Shown: positions 53,245 through 63,938 of the stretch, in pieces
How positions within the stretch are numbered: position 1 is the stretch's first letter
How the letters are laid out: each line of letters starts with the position of its first letter
From: Octopus sinensis
Lineage: Eukaryota
Assembly (NCBI RefSeq): GCF_006345805.1
Contig: NC_043000.1
Coordinates: forward strand, 109,244,063-109,308,000
DNA length: 63,938 nt
Direction of reading: 5' to 3'
Translations under genes and position numbers: made by a program
Notes under the pieces: model-generated
The model's input: the letters and a program-made list of their open reading frames with translations, nothing else
Told to the model about the DNA's origin: nothing
The model's database searches: none

Positions 53245-53314
53245 CCTGTTGATGAAGACTTCGCCTAGCAAATTATTTTATTTGCTAAAAAAACGTCTGA
53301 AACTATGGTCCAGG
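53245..53314 (+). ncRNA. Type I hammerhead ribozyme with extended stem II and a C3U core change
   Basis: CCTG TTGATGA AGAC-(TAGCAAAT/ATTTGCTA hairpin)-GTCT GAAA CTATGG TC CAGG: stem I CCTG/CAGG, stem II AGAC/GTCT, GUC triplet at 53308-53310. Confidence 0.7.
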
Positions 53315-53552
53315 AGATGGATGGTAAATGTGTTTTTTTATTCCCTTCGAGTTTTTATCCCTGATAGTAGTTTGGACTTTAGCTATTTCTTCTAGCGTGA
53401 AAGGAATCCTATGATGGATACCTCTTATGTGCTTAAGTGTACTCTTTATTTATATGAATAATATATAGTCTATTGACTAATTTTTCTACACGCGAGGCTA
53501 CAAGTAATAAAAAAATTCTAAAATCTTTATTACCCTGATAATAGTGATTACA

Positions 53553-53584
<32 letters not shown>

Positions 53585-53672
53585 CATGCATACATATATA
53601 TGCATATATATATACTTACATATACATACATATATATATATATATATATAATATATATATATACATACATAC

Positions 53673-53731
<59 letters not shown>

Positions 53732-53733
<2 letters not shown>

Positions 53734-56700
53734 TGATGTTTTGTTTGTTGTCCCTAGTAATAATAAATCGAACATTGAAAGGATCAAAAAGAAAATTAAT
53801 AGGTTCTTTAAAGATTTCAACCTTAGCATAACCTATGAACCAGGCACCAAAATAGTCAATTTTCTAGATATTACATTAGACCTTAACTCAAAGAAAAGAA
53901 GGTGAAATCACTAGTTACGTAAATAAATTATCCAATCATCCCCCAAACATAATTATATCTTTGATTAGAAATATTTCCTTAAGAATATCTAGATTATCAT
54001 CCAATTTTGATATATTTAACTCCCATTCGGAGCATTATAATGCGGCGTTATCCAAGGCAGGATACAACCAAAAAATTACCTTTATTGATAAAGAGAACTT
54101 ACAAATTCCTAATAAAAGAAGTAGCAATAACCATGTAATCAATAATAGGGATCACGCCGATAATAGAAGTAGAAGTAGATTTAATGTGACAACAAATCTA
54201 AATGGTAATAAGAACAAAGATAAGAACATAGACCAAAACATAGGTAACTTTGATAGGATAATTTTAGATAAAACTAAGAAGCATACAATTAGTAACATTG
54301 ATAAAGAGAACTTACATATCCCTAATAAAATAAGTAACTATTGCCACGTAAACAACAATAGAGATCAAGCCAGAAATAAAAGTAGAAGTAGATTTACGAT
54401 GACAAAAAATCCAAATGAAAATAAGAATGATAAGAACATTGAACGGAACATAGGTAATACGGATAAGATAAACTTTGATAAAACTAAAAAAAAAGCATGC
54501 AAATAAGAACATTAATAAATACAACGACTCTGGTGAAAGTAGGAATGATTCAAATAACCCCAATTCTAATTCTAGGAAATTTAATAAGAAGGATATAATG
54601 TGGCTAAATATCCCTTTCAACTGTGCTGTTTTATCAGATATTCAGAGTAGATTCAAAATAATTCTGGAAAAGAACTTCCCCTCCTCTCATAGATATCATA
54701 AAATTATTTCTAAAAAAACGGTCAGAATTTCTTATTCAACCCTCCCAAATATGTCCACTTTAATAGTTAAGAACAATAATAATAACATTAAACTAGCCAG
54801 GAAAAATTTAAATAATAGCAATAGGAATACAAATGGAAATTGTAGTAACATTACCGAAATTAATAATAGCCACAATAATAATAATGACTATCATAACATA
54901 GGTATAACCAATAGCTATAGAATTGCTAGTAATAACAATAACACAAATAGGAGCATTTATGTTAATAATAGGAATAATACCAATAGGGAAAATACCGATA
55001 ATGAAGGCAACAATGATACCTATAACAACACTATACATTTAGAAACTAATACTGGCAATAATAGTAACAACATCAATAATATTAGTAATGATGGTAGGGT
55101 TATAGAATCAAATGATAGTGTAGGAATACCAATAAATGATAATACTACTTTAGATAATAACATTAACTACAATAACGATAACACTATTTTAGATAGCAGC
55201 AGTAACCAAAATAACGAAAATATACTCATAATGTTTTGAATAGCAGTAATATGAGACATCTATCCTCGAGTAATTCCACATCGAATTATAATCCCCCTAG
55301 TTGTAACTGTAGAATTAGATCAAAATGCCCGGCACCTGGTCTATGCGGGTTAAATAACGTAATCTACAAATGCACCATAACCACAGATAATAACAAATTT
55401 ACCTATTTAGGATGTACTATAAATTTTAAGAAACGCCTTAGTAATCATCTCTCTTCTTTCAAATTACGTCATAAAGCTGATAGCACCAAACTTTCAAGTA
55501 AAGTCTGGGAACTAAAAAACAATAATATTAAGTATAACCTTAATTGGGAATTAGTTAGAAGGGCGATACCTTATAAAAATAGCAGAGTTGGTTGCGAACT
55601 TTGCTCCATGGAAACATTTGAAATACTAATGAATAGAAGAAATGATACTTTGTTGAATAACCGGATAGAATTGGGTCACTCTTGTATCCACGCTAGGATT
55701 AAGACTCTTAAATATTTTAAATGATAACAGTATATAAAAATCACTTTGGGATTTGTCTTTCTTGCCTGCACTAATAAAGCAATACTCCTATATATTACAT
55801 ATTATATATTTAATTAGACAGCTACGATCTCATAAGCTATGGTTATATTCTCTCTCTATTTGTACTAGGTTTGATACTTATAGAAATAAATTAGTTGAAT
55901 ATAAACTTTCACTCTATTAGACTATATAGATAATTTAAATTAATTCATCATAATTTCTAGTCTATTTTAAGTAAACCAACTTATAGTAAATTAGTTTTTT
56001 AGACTTCATAGTTATTTTATATACTACTAATAAATTTTGCTAATCCCAGAAATATAATATAACGTTTTTTCATTATGAAAAATAACTCTAATTCCTTTCT
56101 TTTGACTTATTATTGTAGTCCCATAACCTGGCAATGTATTAATAGTAACATTTATAAATAAAGAAATAAATTAAATGACCTCCGTTCGAGTATTGCACTG
56201 AATACGCTAAGATGTTTTCCTATAGAGATAACCTTTGACCCCACCTTTTACCTTCCCATTTCTTCTTTATATAGCAATTAACAACAGTAGGTGGTCAAAA
56301 TTTACATTCCTCCTTTAAGCTCTGTCATTCTTGCAGATTTCTATATCATTCGGTTCGTCTCAACTGAAAGATTGTCTCTACGCTTCACTAACCCTCCTTC
56401 AACATTTTCGAATTTTAACATAACAGTTTTGAGAAACTCTCACAAATGTAACCAAAATATCATCACACATCTTGAATCACACTTTACTATGGACTATATA
56501 TGAATAAATACATATTCTGTGAGTATGATACCTCTCATCATATCTCCAAGAATCAAACTTTCTTCAATATGGATGGATTTACATCTTCACTTTCACCTTC
56601 CTTTTCTGGAAAACTAAGAGGTTTTAAAAAATTTTTTAAACCTGATATATGACTTTGCTATACTAAAAGAACTTTTAGAAGTCCATTTGTTATCTAAATC

Positions 56701-57015
56701 TTATTTTTATAGATCTTTCCATGATGTTTCATGAGTGTAACATCACCCCCTTTGATGTTTGGAGATCTCAGATGTTTCTTCGGCTGATGAGTACGGGTCA
56801 CATATTTACTGCAATATTTGTAGCCTTAATAAAGCTGTCTTCGTACGAAACAATTGTACCGAAATATTGATCCATTCTTGTTGCTTTTTTCTTATTTATA
56901 ATCCCCCCGCATTATCTTATGGTTAACACCATATAGATTTCTGGTGCATCTAAGTTAGGTACCATATTCATGTGAACTCAACAGAACTCACTTGAACCTT
57001 AATTGATTGTACCGA
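53732..57015 (+). mobile_element. Penelope-like retroelement (RT C-terminal half, Asn-rich linker, C-terminal GIY-YIG, long 3' region); 5'-truncated or interrupted, about 3 frameshifts
   Basis: [42 protein letters not shown]; MWLNIPF..HRYHKI..VRISYSTLPN; CNCRIRSKCPAPGLC..NVIYKC..YLGCT..RLSNH..CELC..E..LLNNR..SCIH, with a stop at 55724. Both ends meet (TA)n/(GA)n tracts. Confidence 0.9.
56779..56863 (+). ncRNA. Type I hammerhead ribozyme with fully canonical core
   Basis: TTCGG CTGATGA GTACG-(46 nt)-CGTAC GAAA CAATTG TA CCGAA: stem I TTCGG/CCGAA, stem II GTACG/CGTAC, palindromic stem III ACAATTGT, and a GUA site predicting cleavage after 56858. Confidence 0.85.
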
Positions 57016-57027
57016 ATATATATATAT

Positions 57028-57069
<42 letters not shown>

Positions 57070-57117
57070 TGTATGTATGTATGTATGTATGTATGTATGT
57101 ATGTATGTATGTATGTA

Positions 57118-57390
57118 TATACGACGGCTTCTTTAAGTTTCCGTCTACCAACTCCACTCACAAAGAATTAGTCGGCCCGAAGCTCTAGTAGAAGACACTT
57201 GCTCAAGGGACCAAGCAGTGGAACTGAATCTGGAACCATGCAGTTGGGGACCAACGCAGCTTCCGGCTACCAAATCTACTTGCAAGGCATTGCTCGGTCA
57301 GGGACTATAGTAGAATCTAAGATGCTGCTTAGTGGGACTGGACCCGAAACTACTTGGTTGAAAGCGAGGTTCTTAACCACACAGCCATAC
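57118..57390 (-). mobile_element. CORE-type SINE 5' region with a partial tandem duplication of the head
   Basis: Reverse complement of the SINE head. TAGTAGAA(G/T)..CT..GCT...GTGG.ACTG.A.C(T/C)G.AAC occurs twice. Confidence 0.7.
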
Positions 57391-57408
57391 TTGTGTGTAT
57401 ATGTGTGC

Positions 57409-57439
<31 letters not shown>

Positions 57440-57745
57440 TATGTGTGAGTGTATGTGTGTGTGAGAGAGAGTGAGTGTGCATGTATAAGCACCAAAGTGT
57501 TTCGTAATGTCGGTTTTCTGCTTTGTGTTAAGTGACGTATACTGAATCAGAGATAAGTTTCACTGCGGGCAGAACGCCGTACTAACCTAATCAACGTTGC
57601 CAGAAGAGAAACGCTCTGCACTTCTCATAAGTGAATTAGCTGAAAGGTGTTGGATTCGCTTTATTAAAGAAATGAAACCAATATGCTGCCTAGCGCTGTG
57701 CACCTCTTTAGAGACGCTCTCGCCTGCGCGCACCCACCCACACGC

Positions 57746-57780
<35 letters not shown>

Positions 57781-58463
57781 TGCTTATGAGTATATATATT
57801 TATGTACATATATATATTTGTGTTTACATACGTGTGCATGTTTATATGTATTTCTGTTTGCACACACACTGTGAGACAGAAGTCTTTCTTTTTTTACTAC
57901 TTAAATTATACATAAAAATTAAAATGCAAAAGAGACTTTTTATTGATAATGTACGCGCGTATGTGTGTGTGTGTGCGTGTGTGCGTGTGCACGGGCGTTC
58001 TGTGCTTTGTGTAAATAAGTTCTATGGTTCAGCATGAGAAACTGAAGCCCTTGAAGTGGCTGACAATGGCTACCTAAGAACTGAACTCGGTGACAGATGA
58101 GTTCAGCACATCTTCAAAATACTGGATCGTTGTGATACTTTGCACAAAAAAGCCACCCAACAAAGCTGTTTAACATTACCCTCAATTTTCTTCTTTCTTG
58201 AGAGGGTCATTAGGCTAATAATAAACACACGCATTGGTTCTATTTCACTTCTTTATTATTTAACCAATTAACTAATCCATTGTTTTATTAATCGATCGGT
58301 ATTATTTAACCAGTTAACTAATCGATTGTTTTATTAATCGATCGGTATTTCAATTGGCCAGCTAGGTTCATCGAAGACTTTCTGTCGCCATTCGCAACCT
58401 CGTCAATGACTTGCCTTCACTAATCCATATTTGATTCAGATCAACTGATAAGCCGAACAATTA

Positions 58464-59074
58464 ATTGTTCATTGTCTTACAGGGACGTCTTTCCGCTTTT
58501 GAAGCGCCTGTGCCACTCGAAACATTGTCTCGTCACCGTAAGCTTGCCGAAGCAGACTCAATGTCTTTGTAGTAGACTTCTCAAGTTTAACGTGAAATTT
58601 CACGTTGCTTCCAATTTCTTGTTCATGACAAAAATCAAAGACTACAACAAACACGTGATCACATAAACACAAAGTAAACAAAGTGACGTCACTCGGCACA
58701 ATGCTTCATGAAGGTCACTTCTGGATCTCACTGCGCACGCAACCGTGTGCTGTCATCTGTCTAAGAACTTTAACCATCTAATTAATTAGCCCGGGAGCTT
58801 TAACTAGTGAGAGCCAGAAGTGACCTTCATGAGGCATTGTGCCGAGTGACGTCACTTTGTTTACTTTGTGTTTATGTGATCACGTGTTTGTTGTAGTCTT
58901 TGATTTTTGTCATGAACAAGAAATTGGAAGCAACGTGAAATTTCACGTTAAACTTGAGAAGTCTGCTACAAAGACATTGAGTCTGCTTCGGCAAGCTTAC
59001 GGTGACGAGGCAATGTTTCGAGTGGCCCAGGCGCTTCAAAACCGGAAAGACGTCCCTGTAAGACAATGAGCAAT
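58464..59074. repeat. 269-bp inverted duplication of the 5' part of a mariner element (7 mismatches, 73-bp spacer)
   Basis: 58464-58732 is the reverse complement of 58806-59074; I counted 7 substitutions and no indels. Confidence 0.95.
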
Positions 59075-59489
59075 CTGGAAGACCTGCCAGGAGTGCATGA
59101 GGATCGACGGAGGGCAGTGAGCGACGTTTTGAAGCGTTTAAGGGAGGACATTCGGCGAAACTGTCTCGCCAAAAACAACATGGTACCGCTTCGGCACCCA
59201 CCCTTTCGCCAGATTTAACACCTGCAGACTTCCATTTCCAACCCAAGATGAAAATGCCGCTCAAAAGTTGCTGTTTTAACGCTGTTGTCGAGATCAAGAT
59301 CGAATCGCAGAAGATCCTCGACTCGCTGACGGAAAACGACTCCCAGGCCGGATTCCAAAAGTGGCAAGAATGCTAAGACGGGTGAATTGCTGCAGAAGGT
59401 GACTATTTCGAAGGATATGGTGCAACGTAAATAAGTTATTTATTTTATTAAACATAACTAGTCCGAGAACTTTTTGATACCACCTCGTA
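58806..59489 (+). mobile_element. Internally deleted mariner element with 3' TIR
   Basis: NVKFHVKLEKSATKTLSLLRQAYGDEAM (HTH); HPP..PDLTPADFHF.PKMKMPLK...FQKWQ...EGDYFEG (YSPDLAPxDF region); ends GTCCGAGAACTTTTTGATACCACCTCG TA. Confidence 0.85.
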
Positions 59490-59723
59490 AATAACAAAGA
59501 AGTGAATGAGAAGCAGGGCATGTGTTTATTTTTGACTTAAAGACCATACACACACGCGCGCACGCACACAGAAAATACACATATACACACACAGAAAATA
59601 CACATATACACACACACACAGTCAATTCAAATAAACGGATGAAAAAAGAAAAAAAGAAACGAATGTGAGGATGTGTATAAGAAATGAATTTTCTTGACGT
59701 TCGGTGAAAAGAGAAAGTTTGAT

Positions 59724-61560
59724 TTTTACGTTTATATATTTGTTGTGCAAGATTTTTTATGTGAAGTCGTGTGTTGAAACAGACATTGTTGTATTTCGGA
59801 ATGGTCATTTTACCAGTTTAGCCAATAAAAACACACGCACTATATATCTGGTGTTACTTTGCTTCAGTGTTATTTATTTTTTACATTAATCTTAATCGCA
59901 TTTCGGCCAGAGTTCTTTCGTCACAGTCCTGTGACCGCATCAGTGGTCCTTTGCTTTCTCCTTTCTGATTTGTGTGTCTCTCCTTACTAACCGTCAGCCA
60001 TTTTGTATTTCTATTGTATTTGTTTTCATTTGCGCATGCGCATATATCTATGTGCGTCTATGTTTAGTTAGTGTATGTGTGTGGGGGGATGCCTGTAATA
60101 TTTGTATCTTCTGTTTATATACGTTCGTGTAATATTTTGTTCATGTTTACATCCACTTATTATTATTATCATTATTATTATTACTACGTATGCTTGTATG
60201 TATGTATGTATGTATAACAACAATACTAGTAATAACAATAATAATAATAATAAAACATTTGAAAATAAATTTTAAAATTTAAAAAATTAAATTAAAAAGA
60301 GTTGGCCTTCCTTATTTTCTTCTTTGTCCTTTCTATAGTGTTCCATAAATACCAGAGTGTCATGTTTGTTGACACCACCCCTAGAGGTGAACTGGCATAC
60401 CGCTTTAGAAGGACCCTAGACAAACTTAAGCTAAGGATTAAGGTTGTTGAAAAGCCTGACAACCCTATCAAATCCATAATCGGTAGAACCTACCCTTTTA
60501 GTAGAACCCCCTGTACGGATAGGTACTATACTGTGTGTAGATTTAGCCCACAACCAAACTGTAAAGCCAGAAATGTAGTCTATAGTATAAGATGTATGGG
60601 GGGACGATGCAGTAACAAGACAACGACATACGTAGGGGAAACGGCACGAAGCATAGGAGAGCAGGTAAATGACCATTGGAGAGAACTTAAGGAAGGAAAG
60701 AGCTCATCGATTCTGTACTAACACGCCGAGCAGGAACACAGGGGATCAATCAACAACATAGAGGTTAAAATCTTGTCCACACATAGAACAGATGCAACAA
60801 TCAGACAAATTACGGAAGCTACACACATAATAGAAGATAAACCTAGCCTGAATAGGAAACTGGAATGGAACACTTGCACACACCACAACATATGACAGAA
60901 GAGGATCCCCATAAACTGGTTACAATATAAACAAAACCGAAAACATAATAAATAAAATACACAGATAAATAAACAAATAGAAATAAATAACTATATAGGT
61001 TCTTTTTTAAGTTTAAAAGATTTTAAAAAATTTTTAATTAAAAATTTTTTTTAATATTTTAATTTAATTTTTTAATTAAAATTTTTTTAATGTTTTATTA
61101 TTATTATTATTGTTATTACTAGTATTTTTGTAATACGTACATACATACATACAAGCATACGTAATAATAATAATAATGATAATAATAAGTGGATGTAAAC
61201 ATGAACAAAAAAATTACACGAACGTATATAAACAGAAGATACAAATATTACAGGCATTCCCCCCACACACATACACACTAACTAAACATAGATGCACATA
61301 GAGATATACGCATGCGTAAATGAAAACAAATACAATAGGAATACAAAATGGCTGACGGTTAGTAAGGAGAGACACAAATAAGAAAGAAGAAAACAAAGGA
61401 CCACTGATGCGGTCACAGGACTGTGACGAAAGAACTCTGGCCGAAATGCGATTAAGATTAATGTAAAAAATAATTAACACTGAGCAAAGTAACACCAAAT
61501 ATATAGTGCGTGTGCTTTTATTGGCTAAACTGGCAAAATGACCATTCCGAAATAGAACAA
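59724..61560 (+). mobile_element. 5'-truncated Penelope-like element: inverted pLTR, GIY-YIG, direct pLTR, with 12-bp target site duplication
   Basis: The EN reads VVYSIRC..YVGETARSIGEQVNDH...*HAEQEH...IRQITEA..I....PSLN (about 60320-60860). Arms of ~510 bp at about 59787-60297 and 61057-61560 are reverse complements. AGAAAGTTTGAT occurs at 59712-59723 and 61561-61572. Confidence 0.9.
61398..61442 (+). ncRNA. Variant minimal hammerhead in the pLTR (mirror copy at 59905-59949, minus strand)
   Basis: GGACCA CTGATGCG GTCACA GGAC TGTGAC GAAA GAAC TC TGGCC: stems I and II are present, but the core reads CUGAUGCG instead of CUGAUGA. Confidence 0.55.
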
Positions 61561-61814
61561 AGAAAGTTTGATGTTTCGAGCATAGCACTTCGTCGGAAAG
61601 GAGAAAGAGAATAGGCCAAAGAAGGAAAAATATTCCATCTTAATTAATTGAATGAAAATTAATATCTCTCCATTTTCTTACTTGATAATATTTTATATTT
61701 GTGTAATATATTTATTGAAGAATTATCTTGAAAATACAATATATTAAACCAGTGTATCTTGGATAAAAGTATCGGTGTAAGAGGTTTATACATTCTCATA
61801 ATGACTAGGACCGC

Positions 61815-61986
61815 TGACATCTACAAGCTTTTTCTTTCATTCTCTCTTTATTTTCTCTTATTCCTTTCTGATGAAGAGCACAGACACGAAACGTAAAAGA
61901 CTTTTTCATTTCACCCGAGCGTCAAACTAATACATTTGCTTGTTGTTCATACACCTGTCTTTGTCTTTTGTTTTTCTCTAAATTTC

Positions 61987-61990
<4 letters not shown>
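61815..61990 (+). mobile_element. Pseudo-LTR (family C) with canonical core boxes but broken stem II (61864-61899)
   Basis: CTTT CTGATGA A GAGC ACAG ACAC GAAA CG TA AAAG. Confidence 0.7.
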
Positions 61991-62053
<63 letters not shown>

Positions 62054-63938
62054 ACACACACACACATATATATATACATATATATATATATATATGGCAT
62101 ATTTATATGTGTGCGTGTGTCATTTGTTCCTACGTACGTTTTACCATTATGGTTGTTGTATCTCTATCAAATGTTGATGTTCCAAGTGGGTCACGTTACT
62201 GCATTAATGTTGCGCGTGCGGACGTGTGTGTCTGTATGTGGTTCATTAAATTCTTTCGATATATATCACAGACATTTGAGATGTCTTATCCATTGAATGG
62301 ACATCACTACTGGACTGGTACTTTATTGTTATCGACCCCGGAGTGATGAAAGTTAAAATTGAGTTCAGCGAGATTCGAAACCCGCTGCAGGGAAGACAAA
62401 TGATAATGTCACTCTGCACAAGTTGTTCTGTGTAAGCAATGTCATCGAAACAAACTTGCGTTACTTGGTTGCTATGAGACCAGAGTCGTTCCACAAATTG
62501 ACAGTAACAACAACAACTGCAACAGCAACAGCAACAATACGTTCGCAATATAAACTTCATTAATCTCACCAGTCACTAAGGACCTGTAAAGGTCAAGGAA
62601 ACGTGCCCCTCTTCCTCCTCTTTCTCCCCCTCTTCCTTCTCCTTCCGCTCTTCCTTATATGCTGGTTAATTTATAAATTATATGAATAAAGGACTGCACT
62701 CTAGTGTCATGTGACCTGATTTGAGCGGGAAATAATTACCTTTGAGGAAGTTTCTTAGCAAGCATTTAAAATACCCATATACCAGTTACAGTGAAGATCG
62801 TGTGGACTAGTGGTCAGGAGTGACTGACCCATGATCATAAATCCATGGGTTCATGGTTAGGGTGATGTACACGTGATCACAATTGAGGTTTCGATTCGCG
62901 GACGTGCAGTGCATTGTGTTTTTGTACACACTACTCCATTTCTGTTGCCCCAGTCTACTCAGCTGTAAGTGGGTATCCCTCTGATAGACTTATGTCCCGT
63001 TCAAAGGAACGTTGTGATCCCAGTCATTTATTTCAAATCTTGAACTAAGCACTGATTTATATCCTTGTACAAGGTACTTCACTTCGTCGACCTACTCAGC
63101 TGCAATGAGCCGGGTGCTGGCTGGCGGCGGAGGGATCTTCTATTTCGCTCTCTCTCTATATCTCTCTCTCTTCTCTCTTTCTCTCTCTTCTCTCTCTCTC
63201 TCCCTCTATCTCTCTCTCCAGTTGTCATGTCTTAGATGCTCTCCTGGCTCAAGGTTGAAAGGTTCAAGAGGGACTCTACGTCTTCTCGCTACCCCAAAGC
63301 AATTAATGAAAGCACAGCCCATGCTACAAAGTGACTGCTCGCTGTACTTAATGATTATACTTCGTTAATAGATTAGCTGCTTGCATACTTCCCTAGTAAT
63401 TTCAATTAATTAGCGATGAGACGGCTGATTTTGTATATCTGTTGTTTTTAACTTGATTCCGTGAGTGGGTTGCAGCCATGCTTAGGCACCACGGTGAAGG
63501 GCTTTCATCGAACAGAATGACCCTTGTACTTGTTCTGTTTTGCTTCTTTTGACAAAGCGCAGAGTGGACAATACTAACTGTTATAATTTAATTATTCATA
63601 ATCTGATGAAATATTTTGGAATATAAAAATTCCTTCTTCAGATATTGCTAAGAATTGATCGAGTCACTGATATAATCGGTTTTCCAACAGTTATTGATTT
63701 CTTTTTTGCATTTCGGAAGCGTTTCTGCAGTGGTCTCACGAAGCTCCTTCGGGAATTCCTCATGAGAAGTGCGTGAGAGCGGCTACGTCTCAAGCTGGTA
63801 TGTTGGCATTTCCGCAGCGCTGCTTCTAAGTCATGTAGTATACGGGCAGTTTCTTTTTATATTACATGAGCATGTTACCATAAATGAACTTACACGCATC
63901 CAGATGTAGCTAAATAATATAGTGATTGCTAATTTCCA

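Overview
AT-rich, microsatellite-saturated eukaryotic DNA, probably intronic or intergenic sequence of an octopus. This is inferred from the tRNA-derived CORE-type and Nin-like SINE families and the repeat landscape, not from a database match. No intact host protein-coding gene is supported, and almost all ORFs in the supplied track are translations of simple repeats. The recognisable coding remnants are all from transposable elements: R4/Dong-like non-LTR fragments (several embedded in (TAA)n), a Tx1/L1-like RT between (GATA)n tracts, CR1-like and RTE fragments, Tc1/mariner and Tigger/pogo remnants, Helentron-type non-autonomous elements and four Penelope-like element (PLE) pieces with RT and/or GIY-YIG domains. 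The main signal that the ORF track does not show is a set of type I hammerhead ribozyme motifs in PLE pseudo-LTRs. One has a fully canonical core (56779-56863), one is a single substitution away (53245-53314), and about eight more are variant or decayed. Also notable: a 1.84 kb PLE with inverted pLTRs inserted, with a 12-bp target duplication, across the cleavage site of an older hammerhead; a PLE ORF with large Asn-rich inserts whose YRDD codons merge with a (TA)n(GA)n microsatellite; and several near-perfect fold-back structures that could form dsRNA.
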